Assembly: GCA_007120305.1 (NCBI GenBank)
Contig: SKNW01000029.1
Location: forward strand, 1,706 to 65,705
Reading direction: 5' to 3'
From: Gemmatimonadota bacterium
GTDB taxonomy: Bacteria > Gemmatimonadota > Gemmatimonadetes > Longimicrobiales > Gaopeijiaceae
Length of the DNA stretch: 64,000 nt
The position numbers and the translations under genes are program-made. This document shows, in pieces, positions 33,381 to 43,638 of this stretch. How positions within the stretch are numbered: the stretch's first letter is position 1; every line of letters begins with the position of its first letter. Below the pieces are notes generated by a model. The model did not search any database. It saw only the letters and a program-made list of their open reading frames with translations, and was not told the DNA's origin.

Positions 33381-35071
33381 CAGGCCACCTCCGCCGCTTC
33401 GCTGGCCGCCACGGAGTCCGGCACCTTGTCCTCGCCACCGGAGCTGCGTCCCGACGCGAGGCCGGTGGACTTCTTCGCATCCCCGGTCACGGCCTTTCCG
33501 CCCCGGGCCTTTGCGTTACGCTCCTTGGCGTTCAGGCGCTTCTCGGGCACGCCGTCATGGCCGTACCCGGCGGTGTGACCCACACCCACGCCATCGAAGA
33601 AGTCGCGCATCCGGTTGAGGCGATCCCGGCCGGCCATGGCGCCGCCAATGACCTCGGCGATCCCTCCCGCCCCGGCCGGCCCGAAAATGGGACGAGCCGA
33701 GATGAGGTTGGTGAAGTAGAGCGCGGGCGTGCCCTCTTCCTTGGCCGACTGCACCGAGGGCGTCGTGCCGAGCACCAGGTCGGGGTTCACGTCGCGAGCG
33801 GCGGCCCGGTCCTGCTCCAGGGAAGCGCGGTACTGGACATGGGTTCCCCGGGCCTCGAGCCACTCCCGGTCAGGGTCACTCCACTTCGAACGAGGAAGCG
33901 CGGTTCCCACGTAGGGGATCTCCGCCCCGGCCTCGGAGAGGAGCCGCGCCACGAGAAGTTCGGAGCCCTCGTAGCCCGAGACCAGGATCCGCCCCTTGAT
34001 CCGCTGCTTCGACAGGGCGCCCCGGGTGGCGGCCACGGCCCGGTCCACCGCCGCACCGGTGGCGTCGGCGGCGATGCCCAGGGTCTCGCCGATGGACTGG
34101 AGCCAGGCGGCCGTGCCATCGACGCCCACCGGTCCGGATCCGACAATGGGACGCCCGGCGAACTCGAACTCCCGCACGGAGCGCACGTAGAAGGGGTGCA
34201 CAGCCGCCACCACCGAGGAATCCAGGGCCTTGTAGAGCTCCCGCCACTCCCGGGGGGGGATGACGGTGCCGACCACCACGCCCATGGGCTCCAGGAGGGA
34301 GCCGATGACCATGGGGTCGGCGGGGAAGAGCTCGCCCAGCAGGGTGACGGTGGGGCGGTCCTTGACCAGCCCCTCGGGGCGGGCCACCGGCCCGGCCTCC
34401 GCCTCGGTCCGGGCATACTTGAGGAGAGCCCCTGCCAGGACGTCCTTGGCCTCGGCGTGCGTCGGCACTCCGAAGCCGGGGACGTCGATCCCCACGATCC
34501 GGACCCCGTTGATCTCCTTCGGCAGGAGGTCCAGAGGGACGCCCGACGCCGTGGGGATGCACAGGTTCGTCATGACGATGGTGTCGTACCGCTCCGGGTC
34601 GGCCAGGTCCTCCATGGCCTTCTTGATGTCCTCGAAGAGGGCCCCGGTGACCAGCGACTCGGAGTTGAACGGCACGTAGCCCACCGTGCGGCGGGCCCCG
34701 TAGAAGTGGGAGGTGAAGGTGAGGCCGTAGACGCAGCAGGCCGATCCCGAGAGCACGGTGGCGGTGCGCCGCATGCGGAGGCCGACGCGAAGGGAGCCGA
34801 AGGCCGGACACATCCCCTGGGGCTGGTCGTGGGGTCCGAGGGGGTAGTCGTCCACGAGCTCGCGGAGGACCGACGACTTCCCGTCGGCGTTCTCGGCGGC
34901 CAGAAGGCGTTCGCGGCCGCCATGGCAGGAGGCGCCGGCAGCGGCGTCTCCTGCCACGGCGGTGGCCGTGGGATCCGGCTCGCCCGACGGTGCTTCGACG
35001 GGTGGTGCGTCGACCGGCGGGGCCGCCGGTCCGACCACGGGGAGGTGAAGGGGGGTGCGGGATGAACTCAT
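33380..35071 (-). CDS. bchY: Chlorophyllide a reductase subunit Y
   Basis: 563 aa; contains [34 protein letters not shown]. Lys/Gly-rich C-terminal tail. Confidence 0.9.
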   Translation of the reverse strand: MSSSRTPLHLPVVGPAAPPVDAPPVEAPSGEPDPTATAVAGDAAAGASCHGGRERLLAAENADGKSSVLRELVDDYPLGPHDQPQGMCPAFGSLRVGLRMRRTATVLSGSACCVYGLTFTSHFYGARRTVGYVPFNSESLVTGALFEDIKKAMEDLADPERYDTIVMTNLCIPTASGVPLDLLPKEINGVRIVGIDVPGFGVPTHAEAKDVLAGALLKYARTEAEAGPVARPEGLVKDRPTVTLLGELFPADPMVIGSLLEPMGVVVGTVIPPREWRELYKALDSSVVAAVHPFYVRSVREFEFAGRPIVGSGPVGVDGTAAWLQSIGETLGIAADATGAAVDRAVAATRGALSKQRIKGRILVSGYEGSELLVARLLSEAGAEIPYVGTALPRSKWSDPDREWLEARGTHVQYRASLEQDRAAARDVNPDLVLGTTPSVQSAKEEGTPALYFTNLISARPIFGPAGAGGIAEVIGGAMAGRDRLNRMRDFFDGVGVGHTAGYGHDGVPEKRLNAKERNAKARGGKAVTGDAKKSTGLASGRSSGGEDKVPDSVAASEAAEVA

Positions 35072-35073
35072 GG

Positions 35074-36027
35074 TCAGACCGCCTCGTACACGATCTCGAG
35101 GGACTCGCGCTCGATGATCACCCCGCCGCGCATGTCGGTGGGCGTGGCCGGCGTGAGAACCACGTTGCGGCCCACGTCCTCGCCCTTGAACAGGTCCAGG
35201 AGTCCGTCATGGGTGAGGGGGAGGGGGCGAACCGGGGGGGCCTCCTCCACACCCAGCGCCAGCTCCTCGAAGAGGGAGGCCCACACGCCACCGGGCCGGC
35301 CCACGATCTCGTAGTTGGCCGACTTCCGACGGATGTCGTCGTCCTGGGGGATGGCGGCCAGAACCGGGATGCCCACCTTCTCGGCAAAGGCCGCGGCCTC
35401 GCCCGTGCCGTCGTCCTTGTTGATGACAAGGCCGGCCACGCCCACGTTCCCCCCCATCTTCCTGAAGTATTCCACCGCCGAGCAGACGTTGTTGGCGACG
35501 TAGAGGGACTGCAGGTCGTTGGAGCCCACCACGATGACCTTCTGGCACATGTCGCGGGCAATGGGGAGGCCGAAGCCCCCGCACACCACGTCGCCCAGGA
35601 AGTCCAGGAGGACGTAGTCGAAGCCCCACTCGTGGAAGCCCAGCTTCTCGAGGAGCTCGAACCCGTGGATGATGCCCCGCCCTCCGCATCCTCGTCCGAC
35701 CTCGGGTCCCCCCAGCTCCATGGCGAAGACGCCGTCGCGAATGAAGCAGACATCGCCGATGGCCACTTCCTCGCCGGCGAGCCGCTTCTCCGAGGAGGTC
35801 TGGATGATGGTGGGAACCGCCCGGCCTCCGAACAGGAGCGACGTCGTGTCGGATTTCGGATCACATCCGATGAGGAGAACCCGTTTGCCCTGCTGCGCCA
35901 TCATGTACGACAGGTTGGCCAGGGTGAAGCTCTTCCCGATCCCGCCCTTTCCGTAGATGGCGATGATCTGGGTTTCCTTCGTCTCGGGGGTCTCGGCAGA
36001 TACGGGGGTGTCCGTGGGCGCGATCAT
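35074..36027 (-). CDS. bchX: Chlorophyllide a reductase iron protein subunit X
   Basis: 317 aa from ATG 36027 (ATGA overlap with the bchC stop). P-loop [16 protein letters not shown]. The upstream part of the track ORF is Arg-rich shadow sequence. Confidence 0.92.
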   Translation of the reverse strand: MIAPTDTPVSAETPETKETQIIAIYGKGGIGKSFTLANLSYMMAQQGKRVLLIGCDPKSDTTSLLFGGRAVPTIIQTSSEKRLAGEEVAIGDVCFIRDGVFAMELGGPEVGRGCGGRGIIHGFELLEKLGFHEWGFDYVLLDFLGDVVCGGFGLPIARDMCQKVIVVGSNDLQSLYVANNVCSAVEYFRKMGGNVGVAGLVINKDDGTGEAAAFAEKVGIPVLAAIPQDDDIRRKSANYEIVGRPGGVWASLFEELALGVEEAPPVRPLPLTHDGLLDLFKGEDVGRNVVLTPATPTDMRGGVIIERESLEIVYEAV

Positions 36028-36959
36028 GCAGTGCCTCTCCAGTCGAGGATCATCTTGACGCAGGTCGGGTCGTCGAATGCGGTGCGGTAGGCCTCCGGGG
36101 CTCCGGCGGCCTGAAAACGATGGGTAACCAGTCCCTCCAGCGAGAGTCTTCCTTCGCCCATGAGGGACAGGACTTCGCGCAGGTCGTCGGGGTGCCACTC
36201 GGCGGCCACGCGGATGCGCGCCTCCCGCAGGAAGGCGGGCGGGAAGGTGAACTGGACGGGCTTCGTGTAGAAGCCGGCCATCACCACTTCGCCCCCGTGG
36301 GAGAGACGGGGGAGAAGGACGTCGAGGATGTTGGGATCCCCGCTGACGTCGTAGATCGTACCATACTGTCCGTCGGTGTCGTCGTCGGGGGCCACGACCT
36401 CGTAGCCGTCGGCTCCCGACATGCGAATGGGGTTCGTTTCCCACACCACCGGGGGCGGCGCGTCCTCCCGGGTAGCGAGGTAGCGCGCGGTGAGGCGGCC
36501 CAGCGCGCCGTGTCCCACCACGAGGGTGCGCTCGGCGGCGATGCCGTCCCGCACGGCGTGGGCCGCGGTGGCGGCCAGGGCGAGCAGGCAGGCTTCCTCG
36601 CCCATCCGCTCCGAGACCGGAACCACCCGCTGGCCGGGGGCCACCAGGCGCCGGGCGGCTGCGCCGAAAAGCCCGCGAGCTCCGTCAAATCCACGGGACC
36701 CCGGAACGAAGACCCACTCCCCCTCGGTCCGGCCGGACCGAGGGCCGGCCCAGCGCACCTGGCCCATGGCTTCATACCCCGGGACCAGGGGGTATCCCAG
36801 CCCCGGGAAGGGGGGCATGGTGCCCGAGTAGAGGAGTCGCTCCGTGCCGGTGCTGACCCCGGTCCAGGCGACGTCGACCACGACGTCCTCCGGTTCCGGT
36901 GACGCCAGGCCCAGACGCCGAAGGACGAGTCGTCCAGGCTCTTCCAGGACTACCGCCAT
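36024..36959 (-). CDS. bchC: Bacteriochlorophyllide a dehydrogenase
   Basis: Zn-ADH/MDR fold. ATG 36959 (MAVVLEEPGRLVLRRL) gives about 311 aa, a typical length. The track start at 37106 lies inside the promoter/operator. Confidence 0.88.
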   Translation of the reverse strand: MAVVLEEPGRLVLRRLGLASPEPEDVVVDVAWTGVSTGTERLLYSGTMPPFPGLGYPLVPGYEAMGQVRWAGPRSGRTEGEWVFVPGSRGFDGARGLFGAAARRLVAPGQRVVPVSERMGEEACLLALAATAAHAVRDGIAAERTLVVGHGALGRLTARYLATREDAPPPVVWETNPIRMSGADGYEVVAPDDDTDGQYGTIYDVSGDPNILDVLLPRLSHGGEVVMAGFYTKPVQFTFPPAFLREARIRVAAEWHPDDLREVLSLMGEGRLSLEGLVTHRFQAAGAPEAYRTAFDDPTCVKMILDWRGTA

Positions 36960-37077
36960 TGTGTCCACGCACACTCCCGATCCACAGGTCCCTGCTCCAG
37001 TTCCGGGGGGCCGCCGTGCGGAAGAAGTCCCGCAGACCACGCCGGCCGAAGTGAGCCGTCGGCCCACGTTGTCGAAC

Positions 37078-37106
37078 AGAATGGGGAACCCCCTCCCGCA
37101 TGTCAA
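37078..37106 (-). promoter_or_regulatory. Sigma70-like bchC promoter (-35 TTGACA, 17-nt spacer, -10 CATTCT)
   Basis: On the reverse strand, TTGACA is the complement of 37101-37106 and CATTCT is the complement of 37078-37083. The -35 box lies within the proximal PpsR palindrome. Confidence 0.45.
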
Positions 37107-37144
37107 GCAAAAATTACAACCCTACGTGTACAGGTTTGTTTACA
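37101..37144. promoter_or_regulatory. Two tandem PpsR/CrtJ operators (TGT-N12-ACA) separated by 8 bp
   Basis: TGTCAAGCAAAAATTACA (37101-37118), spacer accctacg, then TGTACAGGTTTGTTTACA (37127-37144). Located between the crtF stop and the bchC start. Confidence 0.8.
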
Positions 37145-37184
37145 CATCGAGACGAGCGAGTCCTGGTGGGGCGTTTCCACCCCC

Positions 37185-38597
37185 TCAGGCCACGCCGGTG
37201 ACCACGCTCGTCAGCACCGGGGAACGGGGTCGCGGGCTCCGGATCTTCCGGAACCCGGCTTCCCGGAGGAGTGCCCGGTACTCGGCGGGGGAGCGGGGCC
37301 TGCCCTGCCCCATGGCCAGGAGGTAGAGCGAGAAGTAGGCGGCGCCCACCGTCTCGGCTCCACGCGTTCCGGCCATGGGCTCGGCCACCACCACGGTGCC
37401 GCCAGGGGGGAGGGCCTCCCTGACCGAGCCAAGCAGGGCCCGGGTCTCGTGGTCGTCGTGATCGTGGAGGATCCGGACCAGGGTGATCACGTCGGCCCCT
37501 CGGGGGAGGGGATCCCGGAAGAAGTCTCCTCCGTTCAGGTGGAGGCGCGAAGGCGAAAAACGCTCGCTGAGCCGCTCCCGGGCGCGCGCGGCGACCGCCG
37601 GGAGGTCGAACAGACCGAGCTCCAGGCGGTGGTGGCGCAGCCCGACCTGTTCGAGGAAGGCGCCCTCCCCTCCCCCCACATCCAGGATCCGCCGATGCCG
37701 CTGGAAGGGGTAGGCATCGAGGATCTCGCGGGAGACCAGGGGCTGCGAGGCGGCCATGAGCGCCGAGTAGGGGCCGACCTGCTCCGAGGTGAGGTCCTTG
37801 GCCTCTGACGAGCGGGTGTACGCCCAGTATCCGTGAAGGAGACCCTTGTCCCCGGGGCCGTCGCGGAGCAGGGCCACCGGATCGGCCAGGTCGTGGTAGA
37901 AGAGGACGTTGTGCTCCACCATCCGGGCCAGCGCCTCGTTCCCCACGAGGGGCGCTCCCATGGCGCCGAGGGCGATCCGGCCGCTTCGGGTCCGACGCAC
38001 CAGCCCCAGGGCCGTGGCCGATCCCAGGAGCCGCTCCAGACGGTCAAGGGGTAGCCCGCAGGCGTCGGCCAGCTCCGCCGGGGCCATGGGGCCCCGTGAG
38101 AGCCGGGTGAAGAGGTCCAGGCGAACGGCGGCCAGTACGGTCTGGGAATACACGAACCCCGCGCACAGATCGAACACCCGGCGGGACCGCGAGAGGGCAA
38201 TGGGCCGCGTGAGTGGAAAGGCCGAGGCCCAGCGCTGAAAGCCCGGAGAGGCCAGGATGCGGTCCCGGAGGGCCAGGAGCCGCTCTCCCACCGAGAGGGG
38301 GGGGACGGGATGCCCTGGCTCGGCGGAGGTCGTGGCGGGGGCGTCGGATGCCGGCGCCTTCGAGGCCTCCGAATTCGAGGCCGCAAAATTCGCGGTCGTG
38401 CCATGCGGGGCCGTGCCATGCGGGGCCGTGCCATTCGGGGCCGCGCCATTCGAGGCCGTGCCATTCGAGGCCGCCGCGTTGGACGATGCCGCCGCGTTGG
38501 ACGAGGCCGCCGCCTTGGGCGAGGCCGCCGCCTTGGGCAGGGAGGACGAGGTGGATTCGGGTGAAGAGGTCCCGAAGCTCGAAGACGGATCAGCCAT
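37185..38597 (-). CDS. crtF: Hydroxyneurosporene/demethylspheroidene O-methyltransferase with a low-complexity N-terminal extension
   Basis: O-MT dimerisation and SAM domains (ILDVGGGEGAFL) at the crtF-bchC position. ATG 38597 overlaps the bchD stop by 8 nt. Confidence 0.85.
   Translation of the reverse strand: MADPSSSFGTSSPESTSSSLPKAAASPKAAASSNAAASSNAAASNGTASNGAAPNGTAPHGTAPHGTTANFAASNSEASKAPASDAPATTSAEPGHPVPPLSVGERLLALRDRILASPGFQRWASAFPLTRPIALSRSRRVFDLCAGFVYSQTVLAAVRLDLFTRLSRGPMAPAELADACGLPLDRLERLLGSATALGLVRRTRSGRIALGAMGAPLVGNEALARMVEHNVLFYHDLADPVALLRDGPGDKGLLHGYWAYTRSSEAKDLTSEQVGPYSALMAASQPLVSREILDAYPFQRHRRILDVGGGEGAFLEQVGLRHHRLELGLFDLPAVAARARERLSERFSPSRLHLNGGDFFRDPLPRGADVITLVRILHDHDDHETRALLGSVREALPPGGTVVVAEPMAGTRGAETVGAAYFSLYLLAMGQGRPRSPAEYRALLREAGFRKIRSPRPRSPVLTSVVTGVA
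38396..38537. repeat. In-frame 15-bp and 18-bp tandem repeats inside the crtF 5' region
   Basis: Units such as GCCGTGCCATGCGGG / GCCGTGCCATTCGAG (five copies), then GAGGCCGCCGCCTTGGGC-type 18-mers. They encode ASN/GTAP-rich pentapeptide repeats. Confidence 0.9.
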
Positions 38598-40590
38598 GAC
38601 GTCGCCTCGCGGGAGACGGAGGTGCGGAGTCGCCCGACGGCGAGTCGGCGAGGGCACGCCGGATCCGTCGGGCATCGGCAAAGGGGAGGTGGCGGGCTTC
38701 GGCGCCCATCCGCCGGGCCAGCTCCTCCAGGAAAGGTTCGGGGCGAAGCCCGGTGTCCAGCACGCGGACGTCCACCGCGCGAAGGCCGATGGCGGTACCC
38801 ACCGCCAGCGCGTCCTCCCGGGCACGCGGGCGTCCCCCTCGCCCGGCGGCATCCACGTTGGGACGCCCGTCGGTCAGGAGGACCACGCGCGGGGCCACGC
38901 CCTCCCGGAGGGCCTGTTCGGCCAGGCGGAGTGCTTCGGCGAGTCCCAGCGCCAGCGGCGTGCCGCCCCCCCCGGGGAGTCCGCGCAGGAGTCGCTTGGC
39001 CCGGGTCAACGACCGGGTCGGCGGGAGAAGGAGACGGGCTTCCCGGTCCCGGAAGACCACGAGGCACACCTCCTCCCGGGCGCGGTAGCTCTCGGCGAGG
39101 AGGAGCTCCACGGCGCCCTTCACCTCGCCCAGTCGGCGGAGCGCCTGGGAGCCGGAGGCATCCACGGCGAAGATGGTTCGCCGGGCCGCCGGCCGGACCC
39201 GGCGCTGGATGTGCAGGTCGCCGGGGACCACGTGGAGGCGGGATCGATCCGTGGTCGGCTCCTCGGCCGAGGGGGGGACCTCGGCCGAGGGGGGGACGTC
39301 GGCGCGGGGTGTGTCCTCGGTCCGGGCCTTCTCTGCCTCTCGCGCTGCCTCTCGCCGGCGAAGCGCCTGCCACGGGGCCGCCGCCCGAAGGGTGGCCGGA
39401 AGATCGACGCGCCGACCTCGGCCGGGGGCGCCCCGATCGGCCCCGACCCTTCGGCCTCGTTCGTGAGCTTCCACCGGGGTGCCCCCCTGTCCCCGTCCCG
39501 CGCCCCGGACGCCGGCCCCCTTTCCTCGACGACGCAGCGCCGAGGCATCGTCGTCCGGGAGGAGCGCGAGGGTGGCCGCCACGAGGCGATCCGGGAGGGC
39601 GGAGGACGTCGGAGGCTCGGATGAGGAGGGCTTCCCTTCGCCCAGGTCATCGGGATCAGAGGCGGACTCCGGGGCCGGCGCCGGGTTGGCGTCCGGGGGC
39701 GTTTCCGTGGATGCTGCGGGATCCGGAGGTGGTGGGGGCGCCGCCTCATCGTCGGGGGAGACCGCGTCCTCGTCGACATCCGGGGGATTCGCCTCCGCCT
39801 CGTCCGTTTCGCCGTCGGCTTCGCCCGGCGGAGCCGGAAGCGGAACGCCCCGGGGCGCGAGCACCAGGGCCGCCGCAAGCCAGACATCTTCCGCCTCCAC
39901 CTGGGGGCTGTCCCGGAGGGCGGCGATCCCCCGAGCCGCCCGCAGGGCAAAGGCCATCGGGCGCAGGGAGTCCGGCCCCCCCCGAAGGCTCATCTCGGCC
40001 AGGGCGCGCACGGCGGAGGCGGGAACCTGGACGTGGGCGATCCGGGCCCTGGCCTCTGCCACCTCTTCGGGGTCCGGGAGGCGGTCGGGCGTCCAGCGCG
40101 CAGGGAGGGTCAGGAGAAAGGCCACCCGGTCGCGGAGGGCCTCCGGGGATCCGGGCTCGTCCTCCCTGGCCTCGTCCAGCGCCACCACCCCCACCCGGGC
40201 CGCCAGGTCGGCCGACAGCCCCTCCCGCTCGACGCGGAGGCGCCCCCGATCCAGCACCTCCAGCAGGACCGCCGTGACTTCCGGGTGGATCCGCTCCGCC
40301 GACGGGAGGATGAGGATCCCGCCGTCGGCTTCGGCGGGGATCCCCGGCTGAAGGACGCGGCGACCGGTCCGAAGCGTTCCGGCCAGGTCGATCCCGCCGG
40401 AGAGGCGGTCCGGCGTGACCCCCACGGGGACCCGGCGCCACGGGGATCCCGGTGGCAGACTCCCCCGAAGCAATCGGCACCAGCCCTCCACGGCGGGACC
40501 CCCGGGACCCAGCAGGACGGCGCCCCCGAGCCCCTCCGGGTCGGCCGCCACCAGAAGGGCGGCCAGGGTATGAGGATCCGACGGGAGCAC
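38590..40590 (-). CDS. bchD: Magnesium chelatase D subunit
   Basis: AAA-like N-domain, acidic Pro-rich linker and C-terminal vWA domain (IFAVDASGS...LLTDGRPN). GTG 40590 lies 1 nt after the bchI stop; the longer track ORF overlaps bchI. Confidence 0.88.
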   Translation of the reverse strand: MLPSDPHTLAALLVAADPEGLGGAVLLGPGGPAVEGWCRLLRGSLPPGSPWRRVPVGVTPDRLSGGIDLAGTLRTGRRVLQPGIPAEADGGILILPSAERIHPEVTAVLLEVLDRGRLRVEREGLSADLAARVGVVALDEAREDEPGSPEALRDRVAFLLTLPARWTPDRLPDPEEVAEARARIAHVQVPASAVRALAEMSLRGGPDSLRPMAFALRAARGIAALRDSPQVEAEDVWLAAALVLAPRGVPLPAPPGEADGETDEAEANPPDVDEDAVSPDDEAAPPPPPDPAASTETPPDANPAPAPESASDPDDLGEGKPSSSEPPTSSALPDRLVAATLALLPDDDASALRRRGKGAGVRGAGRGQGGTPVEAHERGRRVGADRGAPGRGRRVDLPATLRAAAPWQALRRREAAREAEKARTEDTPRADVPPSAEVPPSAEEPTTDRSRLHVVPGDLHIQRRVRPAARRTIFAVDASGSQALRRLGEVKGAVELLLAESYRAREEVCLVVFRDREARLLLPPTRSLTRAKRLLRGLPGGGGTPLALGLAEALRLAEQALREGVAPRVVLLTDGRPNVDAAGRGGRPRAREDALAVGTAIGLRAVDVRVLDTGLRPEPFLEELARRMGAEARHLPFADARRIRRALADSPSGDSAPPSPARRRHG

Positions 40591-40591
40591 G

Positions 40592-41815
40592 TCAGGCCCG
40601 CGTCGTGGGGTGAGCGGCGGACGACGGTTCGTCTTCGACCAGGCCCATCTCCCGGAGCGCACGGTCGATGCGCTCTGTGGATCCACTTTCGTCCAGGGGA
40701 TCCCGGCGCAGCCGGTGCCGAAGAGAGGGCGGTGCCACGGCGGCCAGGTGTTCGGGCGTCACCTCGCTCGCCTCCTCCAGCGCCGCCAGGGCCCGGGCCG
40801 CCCTCAGGAGGGTGAGTTCGCCTCGGAGACCGTCCACGCCCAGGGCCACGCAGAGACCGGAGGCGCGTCGGAGAAAGGCATCGCTCACCTCCACCTCCCC
40901 CAGCCGGGCCCGGGCCCGCTCCAGACCCTTGCGGACCCGGCCATCCTGCGAGGCCCAGCGACGCTGGAAGCTGTCGGCATCCCGGTCGTAGGCGTCCCGG
41001 CGGCGGAGGACCTCGATACGGTCGTCGATGTTCCTCGGGGTCCCCACCTCCACCGAGAGCCCGAAGCGGTCCAGGAGCTGGGGCCTCAGGTCCCCCTCCT
41101 CGGGATTTCCGCTTCCCACGAGAACGAATCGGGCCGGATGGCGAATGGAGATGCCTTCGCGCTCCACCACGTTCTCGCCCGAGGCGGCCACGTCCAGGAG
41201 GAGGTCCACCAGGTGGTCGTCCAGGAGGTTGACCTCGTCGATGTAGAGGAATCCGCGGTTCGCCCGGGCCAGGAGCCCCGGTTCAAAGGACCGGGTGCCG
41301 TCGAGGAGGGCCCGCTCCAGGTCCAGGGTTCCCACGACCCGGTCCTCGGTCGCCCCCAGGGGGAGGTCCACCATGGGAACCGGCCGCCGCAGCACAGGAA
41401 GCGATCCGGACCCCGCGGCATTCCCCGGGGCCCCCGTGCAGCTGCGGCAGAGCCCCGCCGGACCTGCCCCCTCGGACGAGCGGGCAGGAGCGCATCCGTA
41501 GGGGCATCCGTCCACCACGTCGATGGGGGGGAGGAGGGCAGCCAGCGCACGCACGGCGGTGGACTTCCCGGTGCCCCGGTCGCCGAAGACCAGGACCCCC
41601 CCGAGGGTGGGGTCCACGGCCGCCAGGCGGAGGGCGAGCTTCATTTCTTCCTGTCCCACGATGGCCGAAAACGGAAACGGAGGAGTCACGACGGGGAGGC
41701 TCGAAAAGGGAGTGGGGAGATGGAGCGGCGGCGGGGGGTGGAACGGGGGATTCGGCCCGGGAGGGTACTGCTCCCGAGCGCTGTCCAGAATAGGGAGGGA
41801 CCGGTGCGCGGGCAA
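40592..41815 (-). CDS. bchI: Magnesium chelatase I subunit (AAA+ ATPase)
   Basis: Contains FPFSAIVGQEEMKLALRLAAVDPTLGGVLVFGDRGTGKST. The start is uncertain: TTG 41815 gives a 40-aa Pro-rich leader with high GC3; GTG 41689 is the short alternative. Confidence 0.9.
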   Translation of the reverse strand: MPAHRSLPILDSAREQYPPGPNPPFHPPPPLHLPTPFSSLPVVTPPFPFSAIVGQEEMKLALRLAAVDPTLGGVLVFGDRGTGKSTAVRALAALLPPIDVVDGCPYGCAPARSSEGAGPAGLCRSCTGAPGNAAGSGSLPVLRRPVPMVDLPLGATEDRVVGTLDLERALLDGTRSFEPGLLARANRGFLYIDEVNLLDDHLVDLLLDVAASGENVVEREGISIRHPARFVLVGSGNPEEGDLRPQLLDRFGLSVEVGTPRNIDDRIEVLRRRDAYDRDADSFQRRWASQDGRVRKGLERARARLGEVEVSDAFLRRASGLCVALGVDGLRGELTLLRAARALAALEEASEVTPEHLAAVAPPSLRHRLRRDPLDESGSTERIDRALREMGLVEDEPSSAAHPTTRA

Positions 41816-41944
41816 CGTGGCTCTGGGGCGGAACCCCCTGCGCGGAGGGAGGTACTTTCCCGCCCCCGCCTGATCCTCCCCCAGATCCCCTCCTGCAACT
41901 TCCCCTTCCGCATCCTCGATTCCACCAGCGAGAGTCCTGTCATC

Positions 41945-43540
41945 ATGTCGTCCAGCGCAAAGGTCAACGGTACGAATCCCAAGCGGGCCGTCATCGTCGG
42001 AAGCGGGTTCGGCGGTCTGGCCCTGGCCATCCGTCTTCAGGCGGCCGGCCTCCAGGTCACCCTCCTCGAGAAGCGGGAGAAGATCGGAGGGCGCGCCTAC
42101 CAGCTCAAGGATCAGGGCTACACCTTCGACATGGGGCCGTCACTGATCACGGCTCCCCACATCATCGAATCGGTGTTCCAGGCGGCGGGCCGGAAACTCT
42201 CGGACTACGTGGAGCTCATGCCGCTGGACCCCTACTACCGGATCTACTTCCACGACGGGACGCAGATCGACTATGTGGGGGATCCGGACCGGATGAAGGC
42301 CCAGATGGCGACCTTCAACGCCGGGGATGCCGAGCGTTTCGACGACTTCATGAAGAAGGCCCGGCCCATCTATGATTCCGTCATCGGAGACCGGCTGGGG
42401 TCCAAGTCGTTCGGGGATCTGAAGACCATGCTGGGCTTCATTCCCGACCTGATCCGGCTGGAGGCGTTCCTTCCGGTGACCATGCTGGTGAATCGGTACT
42501 TCAAGGACTTCCGGCACCGCTTCCTCTATTCCTTCCACCCCCTCTTCGTGGGAGGCAACCCCTTCTACACGCCGGCGGTCTACCTCATGATCCCCTACCT
42601 GGAGCGCAGGGGTGGGGTCTGGTTCTCTCGTGGAGGGATGTACAGCCTGGTGGAGGCCATGGGGACGCTCTTCACCGAGCTTGGAGGGGAGATCCGGACC
42701 GAGCACGAGGTGACCCGCATCGGGACCGACGCCCAGCGCCGGGTGACCCACGTGGAAGCCGGGGGGAGCCGGTTCGAGGCCGATCTCGTGGTCTCCAACG
42801 GCGATGTGGGCCATACCTACCGGGACCTGGTGGATGCCTCGGCCCGGAAGAAGTGGACGGACCGGAAGGTGGAGAAGCTGGACTATGCCATGTCCTGCCT
42901 CCTTCTCTACCTGGGCACGAAGAAGCAGTACCCGGCGCTGGAGCACCACACGCTGATCCTCACCGAGCGCTACAAGGAGCTCATCGCCGACATCTTCGAC
43001 CGCAAGATCGTCCCCGACGACTTCTCCATGTACCTCCACGTCCCCACCCGCTCGGACCCGTCCATGGCACCGGAAGGGTGCGAGAGCATGTACGTGCTGG
43101 TGCCGGTGGCGAACCTCCGGGGCGGGCAGGACTGGGAGAAGCTCCGGGAGCCCTTTGCCCACAAGGTCATCGACTTCCTGGAGGAATGGGGGATGGAGGG
43201 TCTTCGCGAGAACCTGGAGGTGCTCCACATCATGGACCCCACCGATTTCCGGGACGACCTCAACTCCCTGCATGGAAACGCCTTCGCCATCGTTCCCAAG
43301 TTCATGCAGACCGCGTATTTCCGGCCCCACAACCGGAGCGAGGACGTGAAGGGACTCTACCTGGTGGGAGCGGGAACCCACCCGGGCGCCGGCGTCCCCG
43401 GTGTGTTCCTCTCCGCCGAGACCACCTACGGGTGCATCGCGAAGGACCTGGGGCTCCCCGACCAGTGGAACTGGGACGAGCCCGGCCGGGTGGAGTGGGA
43501 CGAGCTGGAGGGGGTCCACCAGGCGGCGGCCCGGATCTGA
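41945..43540 (+). CDS. crtI: Phytoene desaturase
   Basis: ATG 41945; contains KRAVIVGSGFGGLALAIRLQAAGLQVTLLEKREKIGGRAY and the C-terminal motif GAGTHPGAGVPGV. The upstream 445 codons of the 976-aa track ORF are antisense to bchI. Confidence 0.92.
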   Translation: MSSSAKVNGTNPKRAVIVGSGFGGLALAIRLQAAGLQVTLLEKREKIGGRAYQLKDQGYTFDMGPSLITAPHIIESVFQAAGRKLSDYVELMPLDPYYRIYFHDGTQIDYVGDPDRMKAQMATFNAGDAERFDDFMKKARPIYDSVIGDRLGSKSFGDLKTMLGFIPDLIRLEAFLPVTMLVNRYFKDFRHRFLYSFHPLFVGGNPFYTPAVYLMIPYLERRGGVWFSRGGMYSLVEAMGTLFTELGGEIRTEHEVTRIGTDAQRRVTHVEAGGSRFEADLVVSNGDVGHTYRDLVDASARKKWTDRKVEKLDYAMSCLLLYLGTKKQYPALEHHTLILTERYKELIADIFDRKIVPDDFSMYLHVPTRSDPSMAPEGCESMYVLVPVANLRGGQDWEKLREPFAHKVIDFLEEWGMEGLRENLEVLHIMDPTDFRDDLNSLHGNAFAIVPKFMQTAYFRPHNRSEDVKGLYLVGAGTHPGAGVPGVFLSAETTYGCIAKDLGLPDQWNWDEPGRVEWDELEGVHQAAARI

Positions 43541-43638
43541 CATCAGGATCGGGCCCGGCGGGCGGAAAGGGGTCGGTGCAGCCTCCGGAGAGCCGAACCC
43601 GGCTTCAGGAGCGTGCCTGCCTCAGGGGAGTGCCTCCC

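Noticed and set aside
40610-41944. The N-terminal 445 codons of the 976-aa plus-strand ORF that ends as crtI.
   Set aside because: This part is antisense to bchI and has no homology-like features. The CrtI dinucleotide fold begins right after ATG 41945, so crtI is called from there.
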